A stretch of DNA of 64,000 nucleotides. Origin: Corallochytrium limacisporum Hawaii. Lineage: Eukaryota; Protista; Pluriformea. Within the stretch, counting starts at the first letter, position 1. Each line of letters starts with the position of its first letter. Positions 47,819 through 60,203 of the stretch are shown here, in pieces. The translations under genes and the position numbers were made by a program. Where the stretch lies: assembly GCA_002811645.1 (NCBI GenBank), contig PDIP01000073.1, forward strand, positions 229,524-293,523, given 5' to 3'. The notes beneath the pieces are model-generated. The model was given only the letters and a program-made list of their open reading frames with translations, was not told where the DNA came from and ran no database searches.

Positions 47819-49240
47819 ATGCCTACCTCAGGAGCACCTAACGTGGTTACCTCCGAGGATCCCACCTTGGAGCGTACGTTTCGGGGTCACCGGGACACAA
47901 TCAATGCCGTTGACTTCAACCCCAATATGAAGCAGGCTGCATCCGCGTCCATGGACGGCAGTGTCATGGTCTGGAACTTTAAACCACAGATGCGTGCCTT
48001 CCGCTTTCAAGGACACAAAGACGGGGTATATGCGCTGAAGTTCAGTCCGAACGGCGGACTGATCCTCACGGGTTCACGTGACTGTACTGCACGTCTGTGG
48101 ATCCCCGGTGTCAAGGGAGAATCTATCGTTTTCAAAGCGCACACTGGTTCTGTGCGTGCGGTAGACTTCAGTTCCACGGGCCGCTTCTTCCTCACAGCCA
48201 GTGATGACAAAACTGTCAAGGTCTGGTCTACGAATCGCCAGCGCTTCCAGTACTCTCTCAGCGGCCACATCAACTGGGTCCGCAGTGCCAAGTTTGCTCC
48301 GGACGACCGCATGATCGTCTCCGGTGGTGATGATAAGACCGTAAAACTGTGGGACACGGGCAGCCACAAGTGTCTACACACCTTTCACGACCATTCTGCC
48401 CTGGTCACCACCGTCGCGTTTCACCCGGATGGCACGTGTGTCGCGGCAGCGAGTGCGGACCAGAGCATTAAGGTCTGGGATCTTCGCGTGAATCGACTCT
48501 TGCAACACTATCAGGCACACAAGGACGCCGTCACCGACATCTCCTTCCACCCCACTGGTAACTATCTGCTTTCCAGTTCGAATGACACAACTTTGAAGAT
48601 CTGGGACCTGCAGGAAGGGCACCTCTTCTACACGCTGCACGGCCACAAGGCACCGTCAACAGCTGTTGCCTTCTCTCCGGACGGCGAATACTTTGCTAGC
48701 GGCGGTGCTGACAACCAGGTCATGATCTGGAAGACCAACTTTGACACATCACCAGTCTACGAAGACGGTCTAGTGCCGGGGGCGGCGGCCAGAGCCCATC
48801 CCGGGGCCTCAGCGGCTGCTTACGCCGCCGCATCCGTGGCGACAACGCCCGGCCCCAAAGCCGCCACCCGCAAAGCACCTGCATCGAAGCGAGGCCCCGC
48901 ACCCTCTGCTGCCGCCGCTTCCTCTGCTGCACACAACGTCAGCGCCAGCAGCGCAGTCCCCAACACAATGTCCCGGGATCCGGAGGTTGTTGATGTGGGA
49001 CCGGCCATCTTCAACCCGAACAGTGCCTCAGCTGCAGCTCACGTCGGTGAGGAACCCATCACAACTCCGCTGGAGACCCGGAGCATGCCCCAGGACATTG
49101 CTGATGCTCTTATGCACATCTACGGCCAGCTGGATGTACTCACGCAGACGGTAAGCATCTTAGAGGAACGCCTCACTATGGCGGAGGATAAGGTCAGCGA
49201 AGCGCTTAGCGGAGTGTATGGCTCACAGCGACCCGCCTGA
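47819..49240 (+). CDS. POC1: Centriolar WD40 protein POC1
   Basis: [12 protein letters not shown], seven WD40 repeats ending WKTNFD, C-terminal Poc1 coil [20 protein letters not shown]. Confidence 0.95.
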   Translation: MPTSGAPNVVTSEDPTLERTFRGHRDTINAVDFNPNMKQAASASMDGSVMVWNFKPQMRAFRFQGHKDGVYALKFSPNGGLILTGSRDCTARLWIPGVKGESIVFKAHTGSVRAVDFSSTGRFFLTASDDKTVKVWSTNRQRFQYSLSGHINWVRSAKFAPDDRMIVSGGDDKTVKLWDTGSHKCLHTFHDHSALVTTVAFHPDGTCVAAASADQSIKVWDLRVNRLLQHYQAHKDAVTDISFHPTGNYLLSSSNDTTLKIWDLQEGHLFYTLHGHKAPSTAVAFSPDGEYFASGGADNQVMIWKTNFDTSPVYEDGLVPGAAARAHPGASAAAYAAASVATTPGPKAATRKAPASKRGPAPSAAAASSAAHNVSASSAVPNTMSRDPEVVDVGPAIFNPNSASAAAHVGEEPITTPLETRSMPQDIADALMHIYGQLDVLTQTVSILEERLTMAEDKVSEALSGVYGSQRPA

Positions 49241-49402
49241 GAAAAGGGTGAGAGTCTAGAGTACACCTAATCACATAAGACATAGAATACCATTTCATAA
49301 AAGAAAAGCATGGCAATTTTGCGACTTCTGATCTACACTTCTGTTTTTAATATTTACTATGTGTGTTTACTTTCCGGTGCTTTCTAATGTACGCCCGGAA
49401 AC

Positions 49403-49759
49403 TCAAGGCCATTTCCACTGGTTGTGAGGAGGGTCCTGCTCCAAAGGTTCCCACACCTTTTGCTCTTTCATCTTGGCAATGAGGTCCAGTTCACATTCAG
49501 CCTGCTTGATTAGTTCCTCTGCGAACCCACAACCAATAGTAGCCTCGAAAGCCTCTGTGTTCTCATCCTTCTGCACACTGTTCAGGCGGAACTGAGTCGT
49601 TCGCTCCGTGTACTTGCGATACTGGGATTCCTTTGGCAATTCAGCCAATGCATGCAAAGTCTTTTGGTAAAGATTTAATAATATGGGCCGGGCGTTTGTG
49701 ATAGTTTGGTAACCAGCCATAGGCAGATCTTTGCCCACACGTTTCATTCCCGAGTTCAT
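49403..49759 (-). CDS. NDUFA5: NADH dehydrogenase 1 alpha subcomplex subunit 5
   Basis: LY.KTL..L..LP..S.YRKYTE..T..RL, IGCG..EELI.QA..EL, WEPL, QWKWP. Confidence 0.93.
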   Translation of the reverse strand: MNSGMKRVGKDLPMAGYQTITNARPILLNLYQKTLHALAELPKESQYRKYTERTTQFRLNSVQKDENTEAFEATIGCGFAEELIKQAECELDLIAKMKEQKVWEPLEQDPPHNQWKWP

Positions 49760-50310
49760 TGTGAACGGCTCCGAAGAAAGAAATCCTTATAAACAACCCT
49801 TAGAATCTGTCACCTCGTCGTTACAACGCTTTTTGATCACATGCCTATTGTTACTTCCTAAGTACCTACAGTGTATACTACTGCTCAGCAACCATACCGT
49901 ATTGCCAGCTATCTACGCGCAGAACCACGGCTCCACTCGGGCCCAGGCCTTCAGTTCCAGGGAGTGATTGCACCTGAACCGACCGCGCAGACTGCACACA
50001 CGTCCCCAGAGCACATTTCCGGTGTGTTTCCCATATAACCACAGTACCCCCAGTGCCCCCAGTACCAGCCACTCGGTGCTAGCCTCCACCACTTCTGGTT
50101 TTCTTCGTCGCCTTGTTTTGTTTGGCATTGTGATTTTTTTACTGATTCAAGTCTTCAGATATATTTGTATATGATTAGTAATCTAGACAGTCCAGCCACG
50201 GATACTCCCAAATTTAGGCCCCGTCCACACGAGCTATATTTTGGAATCAGGAAAATCAAATATTAAACGGTTGCCCTCGACGAAAGCCGTTCGGACCCGC
50301 TCGACAGCAA

Positions 50311-50779
50311 GGTTTGGATCGTGAAACCTATCGCAGTATGTGACAAGGAATCATCGACTTCATTCTGTTTACTGATATGGCCCGCCAGGCTGAGCTCATG
50401 AAGCTTTTGAACAAGGCTGTGGAGACCGGCAATATGGCCGCATGATTGTGTGTGAGTTGGTCGTGAAGTGTGCCGACATTGGAAGCACATCCCGCCAACG
50501 TTGCTGACAAATGGGCTGATGGCTTGCTCGAAGAAGTTTTTCGCAGAGCGACCACGAAACGGCCATGGGTCTCCCAGTTGCACCCTTCATGGATCGCGAC
50601 AGGGTAACGAAAGCAGGCGCAGATGGGCTTCATCTCCCTTTGTTTTGCTGCCCATGTTTGAGTCAGCCAGCAAGCTGTTCCCAGCACTGGATGAGCCTAT
50701 TACGGGGCCGATCCGCAGAGCCCTATCTTACTATTCCGCTGGGAAAGAACAGGAGGCCCAGAAGTACGCCACGAATTAG
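50311..50779 (+). pseudogene. Disrupted C-terminal fragment of a PDE9-like cyclic-nucleotide phosphodiesterase
   Basis: Across frames: [74 protein letters not shown]...LFP. TGA at 50341 and about five frameshifts. Confidence 0.88.
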
Positions 50780-51379
50780 GCAAAGATGCCGGTGAGGTCG
50801 AAGGGGCATAGGATGCGATTCGATGGATGAGAAATTGATCATCACCGGGGGAATCATATTATTCATCACCATCATCGTCAAACCCAACATATCACCATCT
50901 TCGGAGATGCTATAGAAGATCCACAAGATCATAGTTAGTTACTTTGCAGCTGATATGATGCTACGCACCCGCAGGACGATCAGACGCCCGTGGACACGCG
51001 ATCGTATCCCTCCTCCGGTTGGTGATAATCGAATATGGGAACCCCCCTCCCCAAACCGTTCCCTTGTTCGCCGACCCCCCCTTCACAGTCAACAGCCCAG
51101 AGCGTCTCGATGGAATCTGCCTCTGCACAGTGACCTTTGTGACGTCTTTTCCACCAATCTCTGCCTTACTACTCCCATGCTGAGGCGTAGATGTGTGGAA
51201 AAAGGTATGAAGAGCGAAGGCGGTGAAATCAATACGGACCTGTTATTGCTCTCAGCGACACTCATAGATATAAACGACTACTCAATCCAGAATAACGATG
51301 ACGTAGCCCTCAGTTGCGCATGGGGTATCTTTTCCAATTCATATCTCGATTACATTGTCGTCTTGTGAGCTCGAAGGTC

Positions 51380-52147
51380 ATGACGGTTAAAAAGACTCTG
51401 GTCGCGTTCGACTATGACCATACGATGGTCAAGGACAACACAGACACATTTGTGATCAAAGACCTCACCCCCGGATTCTGGTCCCAAGACTTCAGAAAGG
51501 AGGCAGAGAAAATGAGGAATGCAGGCCAGGGCTGGACAGAAATGATGGACATGGCCATGCTTCATATGCAACAGCGACATGGTATCTCCAAAGAGGACTT
51601 CGCCAAATCGCTCGGACGAGTGGGCTTCGACAAGGAAATGATTGAAGCACTGCAGGTTATCCAGAGCGCCCCGAACCGCGACACAGAGATCCACATTGTT
51701 AGTGATGCCAATGATTTCTATATCGAGCAGTCTGCACGGGCACATGGTTTCTGGCATTTTATCCACGCCATCCACACGAATCCGACCTACGACAGAGACG
51801 GGTTGATGCGGGTTAAACCGTACCAGCCGTACGACAAACCCCACGGGTGCGACCGGTGCAATGCGAACATGTGCAAAGGGCTCATTATGCAGGATAAGTT
51901 ACAGTTTGAAGATTATGACCATACAATTTACATTGGAGACGGGCGGAATGATTTATGTCCCATCCTGCGTCTGAGGTCGAGTGATCATGCGTTCGTACGG
52001 GAAGGATTTGCGTTGGAGCGCATCCTCAAGGGCACAACCGGGAATGCGGAAAATGATGCGGATCCGCCTAAACCGCAAGCCCAGGTGCATTACTGGGCCA
52101 ATGAGCGCAAGCTGAGGGAGCTGTTTGAGTGGGTCATGCTGGAATAA
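51380..52147 (+). CDS. HAD phosphatase, PHOSPHO1/PHOSPHO2 family
   Basis: FDYDHT, DNTD, IVSDANDFYI, TNP, HGC..C..NMCKG, YIGDGRNDLCP. ATG at 51380. Confidence 0.93.
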   Translation: MTVKKTLVAFDYDHTMVKDNTDTFVIKDLTPGFWSQDFRKEAEKMRNAGQGWTEMMDMAMLHMQQRHGISKEDFAKSLGRVGFDKEMIEALQVIQSAPNRDTEIHIVSDANDFYIEQSARAHGFWHFIHAIHTNPTYDRDGLMRVKPYQPYDKPHGCDRCNANMCKGLIMQDKLQFEDYDHTIYIGDGRNDLCPILRLRSSDHAFVREGFALERILKGTTGNAENDADPPKPQAQVHYWANERKLRELFEWVMLE

Positions 52148-53120
52148 GCAGAGATGTGTGAATCTATTGGACGCACCCGCAACCGTCGCTACCGGCCAGG
52201 ATCACTCCCTATAGAAGGGCAGAGTAGCGAATCGGTGCGGGGGATGGAAATCTGTGCTTATTTTTTCAATAGTAATATATGTGATTGATTGTGATTAAAC
52301 GTTGCGAATTATGTGCATCTGAAAACATGTACGATGGTCCGTAATCGATGGAATCAACCTACAGCCGGAGAAACGGTTTGGGAAGGATAGCGTTAAATTG
52401 TGTCCATCGTACTCCTACACAAGGGGATCACGGGCGAAAACCCGTCTGCGGGTGATTTCTGGACCTCACCGCTGACATTCCAATGTCATTCCCACTCGTT
52501 GCTCAGGGCATCCCTCCATCATCTTGTTCTCAACTGACGGTTGAACGTCTGTAGCTGCTGGCTTCCATTGGTATCTCCCCGCCAACTTCTGGGCCAAAGA
52601 CAAGTCGAAGTCTTTGTCGCGCCTTCAATGGGCCCGCTTTGTCGTCACCGTACTACGAAGACAGCCAAAACTCCCCGCGCACGCATAGCTCCCTGTGTAT
52701 CCCCGCAGAGCTCGGTGCTTCTGATATTCCCGATGAGCATTGAAGCCGCAATCAAAATACAACCAACACACGCGGTCAGCCGTTCACACGACATCATGTT
52801 TGCGATCACGAAGAATAGCTTGTATGTGTGGTGTGGCAAATGCATCAGCACTGCACCAAACAATGGGCATGCAGCACGATCGGGAGTTCAATGGTACTCA
52901 CGCCCTTGCTCCCCTAAAATGTACACTTCACATCCCCAGACTCTCCCCAATGATAACACCTTCACGATCGAACGACCAGCCTTAGCCATCTTGCATGCCA
53001 TGCAGAGTAGACAGTCTCTTCTCCATGGACTCGCGAAGGGAAGGATAGAATGTCGTGACCCCCGTCACACCGTCCGCGCGGATGCGGGACGGGCTCTCTG
53101 GCCCACACTCCCCTCTCTCC

Positions 53121-53158
53121 CCGGCCCCCCCCCCCCCCCGGGGGGGGGGAGGGCCGGG
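53121..53158. promoter_or_regulatory. poly(C)-poly(G) palindrome (C15G10) with CCGG flanks
   Basis: Direct read; no recognisable gene start nearby. Confidence 0.35.
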
Positions 53159-55919
53159 TCACCCTCGGAGCCCGACGGGCACACACACTCGCGACTGTGT
53201 AAAAACACAGAGAAGTCCAACCCGGCTTTCTTCGGACCGGTCGTTGTTCTGCTTCCCGGACCGTTAACTCCTTTTGGGCAACAACAGAATCGGGGCCCAC
53301 AAAACCACGGAATTCTTATACTGAAAGTACGTAAAGTTTTCCTGTTCGACAGATCCACGGAATTTTTATACTCAACGTTGGTTTCATTGTTGCTGGGGTT
53401 CAGGATTGGCCACAGGACCAGAGCGTGTGTAGGCAGGAGAACGTGGAACAATGGTATGTTGAGTATGGCTGATCGGCCCGTGCAAGACTGTGTGGTGTGC
53501 ATAGGTCAAAGTTACCGGACGAAGACCCTACCGAGGGGTGTGTGTGTGGACACACAAAGGTCTAAACCAGCACTAGAAAATAGTCCTGCCCGAACCACTG
53601 CGGCACTGCCACCAATCCGGGAATGCCGCCAACTGTGTTTTCTTTTCTTTTTTCCTTTTGGTTTTGTCTGTTTTGTTGCCTTGCCAATGTTTTCACTTTC
53701 AATGTAATTACACTGCCGCACTGCCCCGACTGTGGAAAAAAATAACAACTTACCCTCAAGGTTATGTAGCACCACTCTTGTCATCCGCATGTCTTTCCTT
53801 CGTGAAAGTTTGTGATCACCGGGCGGTGTTTGGGTGAGGGGCCAAGTGAGCAGGTCTCTCTACTCTCTCGGGACTGCGAAAAGGCTGGGCAGTTGTGGGT
53901 TTGGAAATGGACATGCGCGCGGAGTTTGTCTTCCCCAGTTGGTGTCGATGGCTATACGATTTCTATGGTATTTATTTTCAACCAGAGACAGATAAAGAAC
54001 GTACAGTCCCCACCAAAACAAATTGAAACCACTTCCGTCCCTACTCGATCAGGAGATGGCAAGCAAAGGGGGAGCCCGATACAAACACCACGGCACAGTG
54101 AGGAAGACGAAGCCGGGAGCCCCTGTTTTCGCCTTTTGGTCTGTAGGAGTGGAGAGTTCCATTTTTGTATTGGATGTTTCTCTGTTTTTCTTTCTCTTTT
54201 TTTTTATCTTGGTGGCCGGCAGCCTTTTGTGCCTCTCCCGATGAGAAGGAGAGGGGGGGGGTTATGATGCAAAGCTCCCGTAGTGGAATATCTTAGGAAG
54301 GGTCCAGCCCAGTTAATACGTTCTCGGACAAGCAACAACCGGGCATGTGTAGCAGGGAGGGTAAAGGGGGAGGAGACGCACGGGCTTGAGTGAGAAAAAG
54401 AGGGAGGGGGAGGGTGGGGGGGGGGAACGGGCAGTGGAATTTTTTTCCTTCCTTTCTCAGCAGCAGGCGAGGTTCTAAGGAATTTGTAAGCGGGGATGGT
54501 CAAGAAGCAGAGGTGCCATAGGCCCCAACGATTGTTAACTAGAGGTATCCGCACATTAATAGTGCCAATATACTACACTCTATAATCAGAAAGTTGAGGA
54601 TCAATCCAACTAAACAGACATACCGTCGGTATCTCTATTTTCAGTTGGTCGACGGCAATTTGCAGAGTCACTAACGGGACACGTAGGCCGTGCCCAACCC
54701 GTCGGTGTGTCCTCCCTCCGCCTCCGCCTCCCCCTCTCTCCCCCTTCGCTCTCTGTTTCCTTACGTGTTTCCTCGATTGATATAAAAAAATGATTTCAGT
54801 GTGAAAGATAGGCAGACAACAAACTGATTAAGCGGCGGGCAGGTACGACGGGCGGCGATGTGGCGCACCGGTTGAGGAAATTTTCTTGTGGGTATCTCTT
54901 TCTTTTTTGGTTCCCTTCGTACTCATTGTTGCGGAGTGAGTGGGTGAGTGAGTGAGAGTGTGTCTTGCTGCCAAGACGGAGGGGGGGCAATATGAGACCC
55001 GTGTGTCCGCTTTGTCTTCATTTTTTGGTAGTGACGGAACGGTGAAATCTGGGGAGTCCAATAATGTGATCCATTTCTTGCCTGCATTCGGTGGTTGGGT
55101 GGGTCTCCGTCATCAAAGATCGTTCTCCCGCAGCAGCCGTGCTCATCGAGGCGGTGATCTGGGTACGGCGTGTGGTGGATCGACAGATTGTTCACATCTG
55201 CACACGCATGTCAGCATATTTAGTATTTATTTGAGGACTTTGGGTTAAGCCCAGACCTATCATGAATCAACATTGGATAGACCGGTGGGTCATGCAACAT
55301 CCAAAGTTTCTCAACGGCAGGAACAGTGAGCTGCAGGGGTGGATATGGAATCATATAATAAATATATGGAGAGAACGTTGTATTTTGCTACAGATTCATC
55401 AGAATTCTGACCTCCGGTCCAGACACTAGTCATACTTGCTCCAAAAGGCAGGTGAAGAAAAATAGTAGAATATGTCGAGATGCAAATATGATGATCATAA
55501 ATTACATATAGTTTATATGGGAATACAAAACTGATGATATCTAGATATGTGGTGCTATAAGAATATTGTAACACCCTTTGATACGATGAATGCAGGCAGA
55601 GTTCAGGGTTTGAGCAAATGGCCCTAGCTCCTCCCCTTCCCCGCCAAATATTTCGAGTGAACCACGTGAAATTTTGGTTCATTTACAATGCATCATGGCT
55701 TCCCTGACCCTTCTCGTACGGACGTGGAACACGGGATGCCAGTCCCTTGAAACACCGGCATAGTCTAACGTTCGTCACTCACAGTCAGGTAAACCACCAA
55801 ACCCTTTCGGATGTGTGTGTGTCTGTGTGTGTCCCTGCTGTGTCCTGTCTACTACACACACTTTTCATGCATTGGTTCCAAGATCATTGTTTATGGACCT
55901 GTCTCGCGGGCCCAAGGAA

Positions 55920-55939
55920 CCCCCCCCCCCGGGGGGGGG
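55920..55939. promoter_or_regulatory. poly(C)-poly(G) palindrome (C11G9)
   Basis: Direct read. Confidence 0.35.
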
Positions 55940-56860
55940 ACCGGTAGGGAGCGTGTCCTGCCTGTGCCTTCTGTCCCTCTCTTCCAGTGCGCGGCGGTGG
56001 TGTTCTTTCTCTCATGGTCCCCCCTCCCCCTTTTTCCCCGGGCGGGAAAGAGGGGGGGGGGGTGTTCGCTGAAGCGACGGAGGGCCCCTTAGCAGGGACC
56101 CAGACATACAATTCCGAGCCGCGCAGCTCTCCGCCCGGACAGATATTCCAGGGAATATTGTATTCGTGAAAATAGCGGTACATCCACTATAGCTGAAATC
56201 CCTGCCGGGTTTCTGCTCTCCGTCGTCGTAGGATTGGAGCCACACTTTTCTTTGTTGTCTTTTTTTTTCCCCTTCTTTCTAGTTTTTCTTGTGTTTCGCG
56301 GCTTTTTTTTGGGGCGGGGGAGGGCGGGGGGAAGGGTCCGGATTCCTTTGAGGCTGCCGCGTGTGCGTGTGCGTGTGCGTGTGTGTGTGTATTCGATCGG
56401 CACATTCGATCTTTTTTACCGAGCCGGTATTTCATTGTGTATGTGTGTGTTCCATCTCAATCTGTTGTATTTTTATTATCTCTTTCCCTGCTTCTTCTTT
56501 TTTTCGTTTTTTTGGTTATTCTTGTATTTGTTTTTGTTTTGTTGTGTTGTGCGTAAAACCTTCCATTTTGGAAGATCGGAATACCGCGTACCCATGCCCT
56601 GCAAAAGCAAAAGATGCAGGTGCAAACCCCGATAAAGAAAACAAAGAAAAAAGGGGGCGGCCGACCCCGGGGAAAAAGAAGAAAGGGAAACGAACAGAGA
56701 CGTAAAGGTGAGGTTTTCATTTGCTACTTTCTTACACACTTCCCGAACACCCGAAGAAGGCGGGCCAATTGACTGGAAACACCAGGCGAGGGGGGGGGCG
56801 GAACGGGCCACATATACGACCAATGGCCACCGTCACCCCGGCCCCCTTCCCTCTCCTCCC

Positions 56861-56919
56861 NNNNNNNNNNNNNNNNNNNNNNNNNNNNNNNNNNNNNNNN
56901 NNNNNNNNNNNNNNNNNNN
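56861..56919. other. Assembly gap flanked by C runs
   Basis: N run. Confidence 0.99.
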
Positions 56920-57812
56920 CCCCCCCCCCCCGGTCGTGGCATCCGTCCTTTCACTGCCCCTTCCCCAGGTTCCGTGCTCGCCCACTTTAATTCGTACGCT
57001 CTCTCCTCCAATTCTTTTATTTTTCAATTCTTTTTTTTTTGTTTCCTTTTTTGCTGCACTCGCCCCTCCCCCTCTCTCCCGCTCTCCCGCTCTCCTCTTG
57101 CCTCCTGTGCTGTGTCTTGGCGTGGGTAGCAAGGTCACTTGGAATTCTCTCAGCCGCATTTTCTTATGAGTTTTCCTTTTTTTCTTTCTTTGCTTTCTGT
57201 TTTATATTCTCTGGCCCGGAAACTAGAGAAACACAAGCCCCCGAAAAAAGCCGAAAAGCCCCACAAGCCCGAAACGTTACGCATCCAAAATGGAAATATA
57301 AAGGGAGAAAAAGCCGAAAGAGTAAAGAATCAAACGGGTAGTCCGGTGACTTTTTGGGAGGAAGGCTTCGGAGAGGCACGGAGAATTAGAAAAAATAAAG
57401 GAGAGAGAGAGAGAGAACGGGGAAGAAAAGGGGGTGGGCGAGCCATATTCTTTCCTTTTTTTCTTTTCTGTTTCTTTCGTTTTCTTCCTTTTTGATGGTC
57501 CCTTGTTTTCTTTCTTTCTCTTTTTTTTTTGGGTCCTGCTTTCCTGCTTTGTTGGGCGGTGTGTGTGTGTGTGTTGTGTTGTGTTGGAAAGGAATGGGAG
57601 AGAGAGACCAGAGAGAGTGAAGGGGGGCCCCACGGCGGGGGTTGGGGGGGGGGTTTGCCCTCCTGCGCTTGGGTGGGTGTCCCTGAAGTAGTAAGTGACC
57701 TACTACTACTGGGTGGTGCCCCTGATGTTGGCTTCTGTAATGATGATGGGTCAGCATGATCGATTCTTCCCGGTACGTTCTTCGCCGTCGCGAAATTCGT
57801 TTTTGCACGAGT

Positions 57813-57899
57813 AGAGAGAGAGACACAGAGCGAGGGAGAGAGAGAGAGAAAGAGAGAGAAAGAGCGAGCGAGAAAGAAGGAGAGAGAGAGAGAGAGAGA
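57813..57899. repeat. Imperfect (GA)n tract
   Basis: Direct read. Confidence 0.85.
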
Positions 57900-58438
57900 C
57901 AACAGGCGATATGCGGTTCTGTTTTTCTTGAGCGAACGAAAAATAAAAATAGTGACGACGAAGACGATCTTTTGGGTTTGATGTGTACTGGTGCTGCGGA
58001 AGAGCGAGAGACACAATCGAAAGCGGGCTGTTTGGTGCTACCTGTGCTTGCGTGTTCCTTCGGACTGGCCAGATTAGAACGCAGAAGAAAAACCAAGAGA
58101 AGAAGAATGTGACCCTGTAGCAAGTAGCCTGCTGCAGCAGCCAAGATAGGGGCTGCTACATCACTTTAAAAAAACACGGTCTGGCTTGTTCTCTCTCTGT
58201 ATCGTGTTTCGTGCTCGATGGGTCCGAGAGCACAAAGGAACATCAAGACATTCACGGCCAAGAGTCAAGGTGGTCAAACATGGAGCTGTGGCCAGTCGTC
58301 TTCCTTGTTGTTGCAGAATCCCGTCGCCGAAGAGCTATTTAGAGGAAAACATATTTCCGTGTGACGCAGGAAACAACTGTAGTGGTAAAGAAACAACAAC
58401 TGTAACTAGTTGTCGGACTGTTTAGAAACAGACTCAAA

Positions 58439-59371
58439 ATGAGTAACAGGATCCCTGATAATCAGACTGCTCTGGCTCTCACGGCCGTTGCTGCTCTTAT
58501 TCTTTTCGGTACTTCCGCCGATCTGTGCCGCACCGGTAATAACGACTGTGATGGTCGCTTGGCCTACGGTGTGGCGGCCGGTGTGATCGCCTTCGTTCTG
58601 GCTGGTGGTCTCTTGGCTGGCGGTCGGTATGCCCCCGATGTTGTCACCGACCAGGTTCACATGGCTGCCTCAGCTTTCCTGCTCTTCTGGGGTGCTTTGA
58701 CTGCCGGTTTGCTGACCTCAATCGATGGCCCCTACCCCAACACCAACACCTCTGCCAACGGCTATTTCAGCACCTGGATCATGTTCTTCGCTTCGGTCAT
58801 CTATGCGTTCAACAACATCAGTTATGTTCGTCAGGGTGCTTCCTTGGGTGCTGCCTACCTGAACAGTCTGGTGGGTGTGATTCTGGTGGCCTCTGTCATT
58901 TGCTTCTCCACAGCCGCAGACACCTGCAACCAAACCGGAGTCTCTTGTGACGATCGCCTGGCCTTTGGTGTCGCTGCTGGTGTCATTTCCACCGTCGTGT
59001 GCTTGGCTGTCCTCGGTATGGCTCGCGCCAACCCCGACATGGTCGCCAACTACGCTCTCTTCATCTCAGGTTTCCTGGCCATCTGGTGGGCCATCAGCGC
59101 CGGTGTCCTGACCTCGCCCGACGATGGTCCCTTCGCTTCACTGGGTAACGGTTACTTTGCCACCTGGATCGCTTTCTTCGCCTCCATCGGCTACCTGGCT
59201 CAGTCTGTGCTTGGTGACGATGCTCCTGTGACCATGCCTGGCGTGCAGGGCGGCGTTGGCGGTGGCAACACTGAGGGCTTCAGCGGTGCCAGCGCCCCCA
59301 AGGTCCCCGAGAACGGTGAGCCTCACGAGCGCTTCCACGACGAGGAGGAGGGCGAGGCTCCGGCTGCCTAA
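58439..59371 (+). CDS. Uncharacterised membrane protein made of two ~140-aa four-TM repeats
   Basis: Internal duplication: CDGRLAYGVAAGVI / CDDRLAFGVAAGVI and DGPY..NGYFSTW / DGPF..NGYFATW; strong C/T-ending codon bias. Confidence 0.9.
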   Translation: MSNRIPDNQTALALTAVAALILFGTSADLCRTGNNDCDGRLAYGVAAGVIAFVLAGGLLAGGRYAPDVVTDQVHMAASAFLLFWGALTAGLLTSIDGPYPNTNTSANGYFSTWIMFFASVIYAFNNISYVRQGASLGAAYLNSLVGVILVASVICFSTAADTCNQTGVSCDDRLAFGVAAGVISTVVCLAVLGMARANPDMVANYALFISGFLAIWWAISAGVLTSPDDGPFASLGNGYFATWIAFFASIGYLAQSVLGDDAPVTMPGVQGGVGGGNTEGFSGASAPKVPENGEPHERFHDEEEGEAPAA

Positions 59372-60203
59372 GCGAGCTTTGGGAGCTATCGGAAACAAAG
59401 AGAAGCAAAATGAAGGCTTTGTATTCATAAAAACCCAAATCGAAAAAACAATGAGCTAACTCCAATGGGAGATCAAGACAGGATTGGTGGACGGACTAGC
59501 AGCAGCAACCGAAGCAGCGACAGCGGTAAGCGAACAGGATTGGCGAACAATGGGCAATCCGAGTCTCGCACATATGGGCAAGACCGATAATGTGGCAGAG
59601 GGACGGAGTTACGAAGTCACTTCATTGGCGGCTGTCTCTGTAGCCCACACGCCCCTGTCTACAGACGGCGAGCTCACTGTGCTCACTCTGGCTGCAAAAA
59701 CGTCTTGTTCCTTACCAACCACATACCCTCCATAACTCAATCTAAAACTGTGCACGTTTTCACATAATGAGCTACCCTGGCACAACTTGCACAAGCGAGC
59801 CGTTTTGTCGTTTTGCTGTATTCGGATTTCATTCCGGGACCATGGGTCTTTCCTCAGCGGAGGAGTGCACGCGGCCGTCGGCACAAACAGGTGATTTACC
59901 CCGACCCCTGCACGTCAGCATGGTATTGACAATCGTGAAGGGCCGCAATGAGTCTTTAAACATCCGCAATGACTACGTGCGAGGTCAGCACGGTTCGCAC
60001 AGTATTTCAGAGCCAATGAAGTTTTGTACATAAAGCCACCTTACAATTTTGCGACCTGCAATTACTGCAAGGGATGGGTGTCGTTTCCTGATGTGCTTGT
60101 TGTGTATTATATTAGCTATTGTGCATGAGATTAGCTACACTTGCAAGGTCGATGAGTTCCCGGTTGGCAACAAACAAGTCATTTAGTGTGTTCGCCTTCC
60201 AGT

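Noticed and set aside
52329-52412. 9-bp inverted repeat GTACGATGG/CCATCGTAC
   Set aside because: Stems of this size and span are expected many times by chance; no snoRNA boxes.
52541-53707. 388-aa ORF (also 61174-62376, 3276-3986 and the ORFs spanning N gaps)
   Set aside because: Non-ATG starts or frames through homopolymers, microsatellites and Ns; no protein-like motifs.
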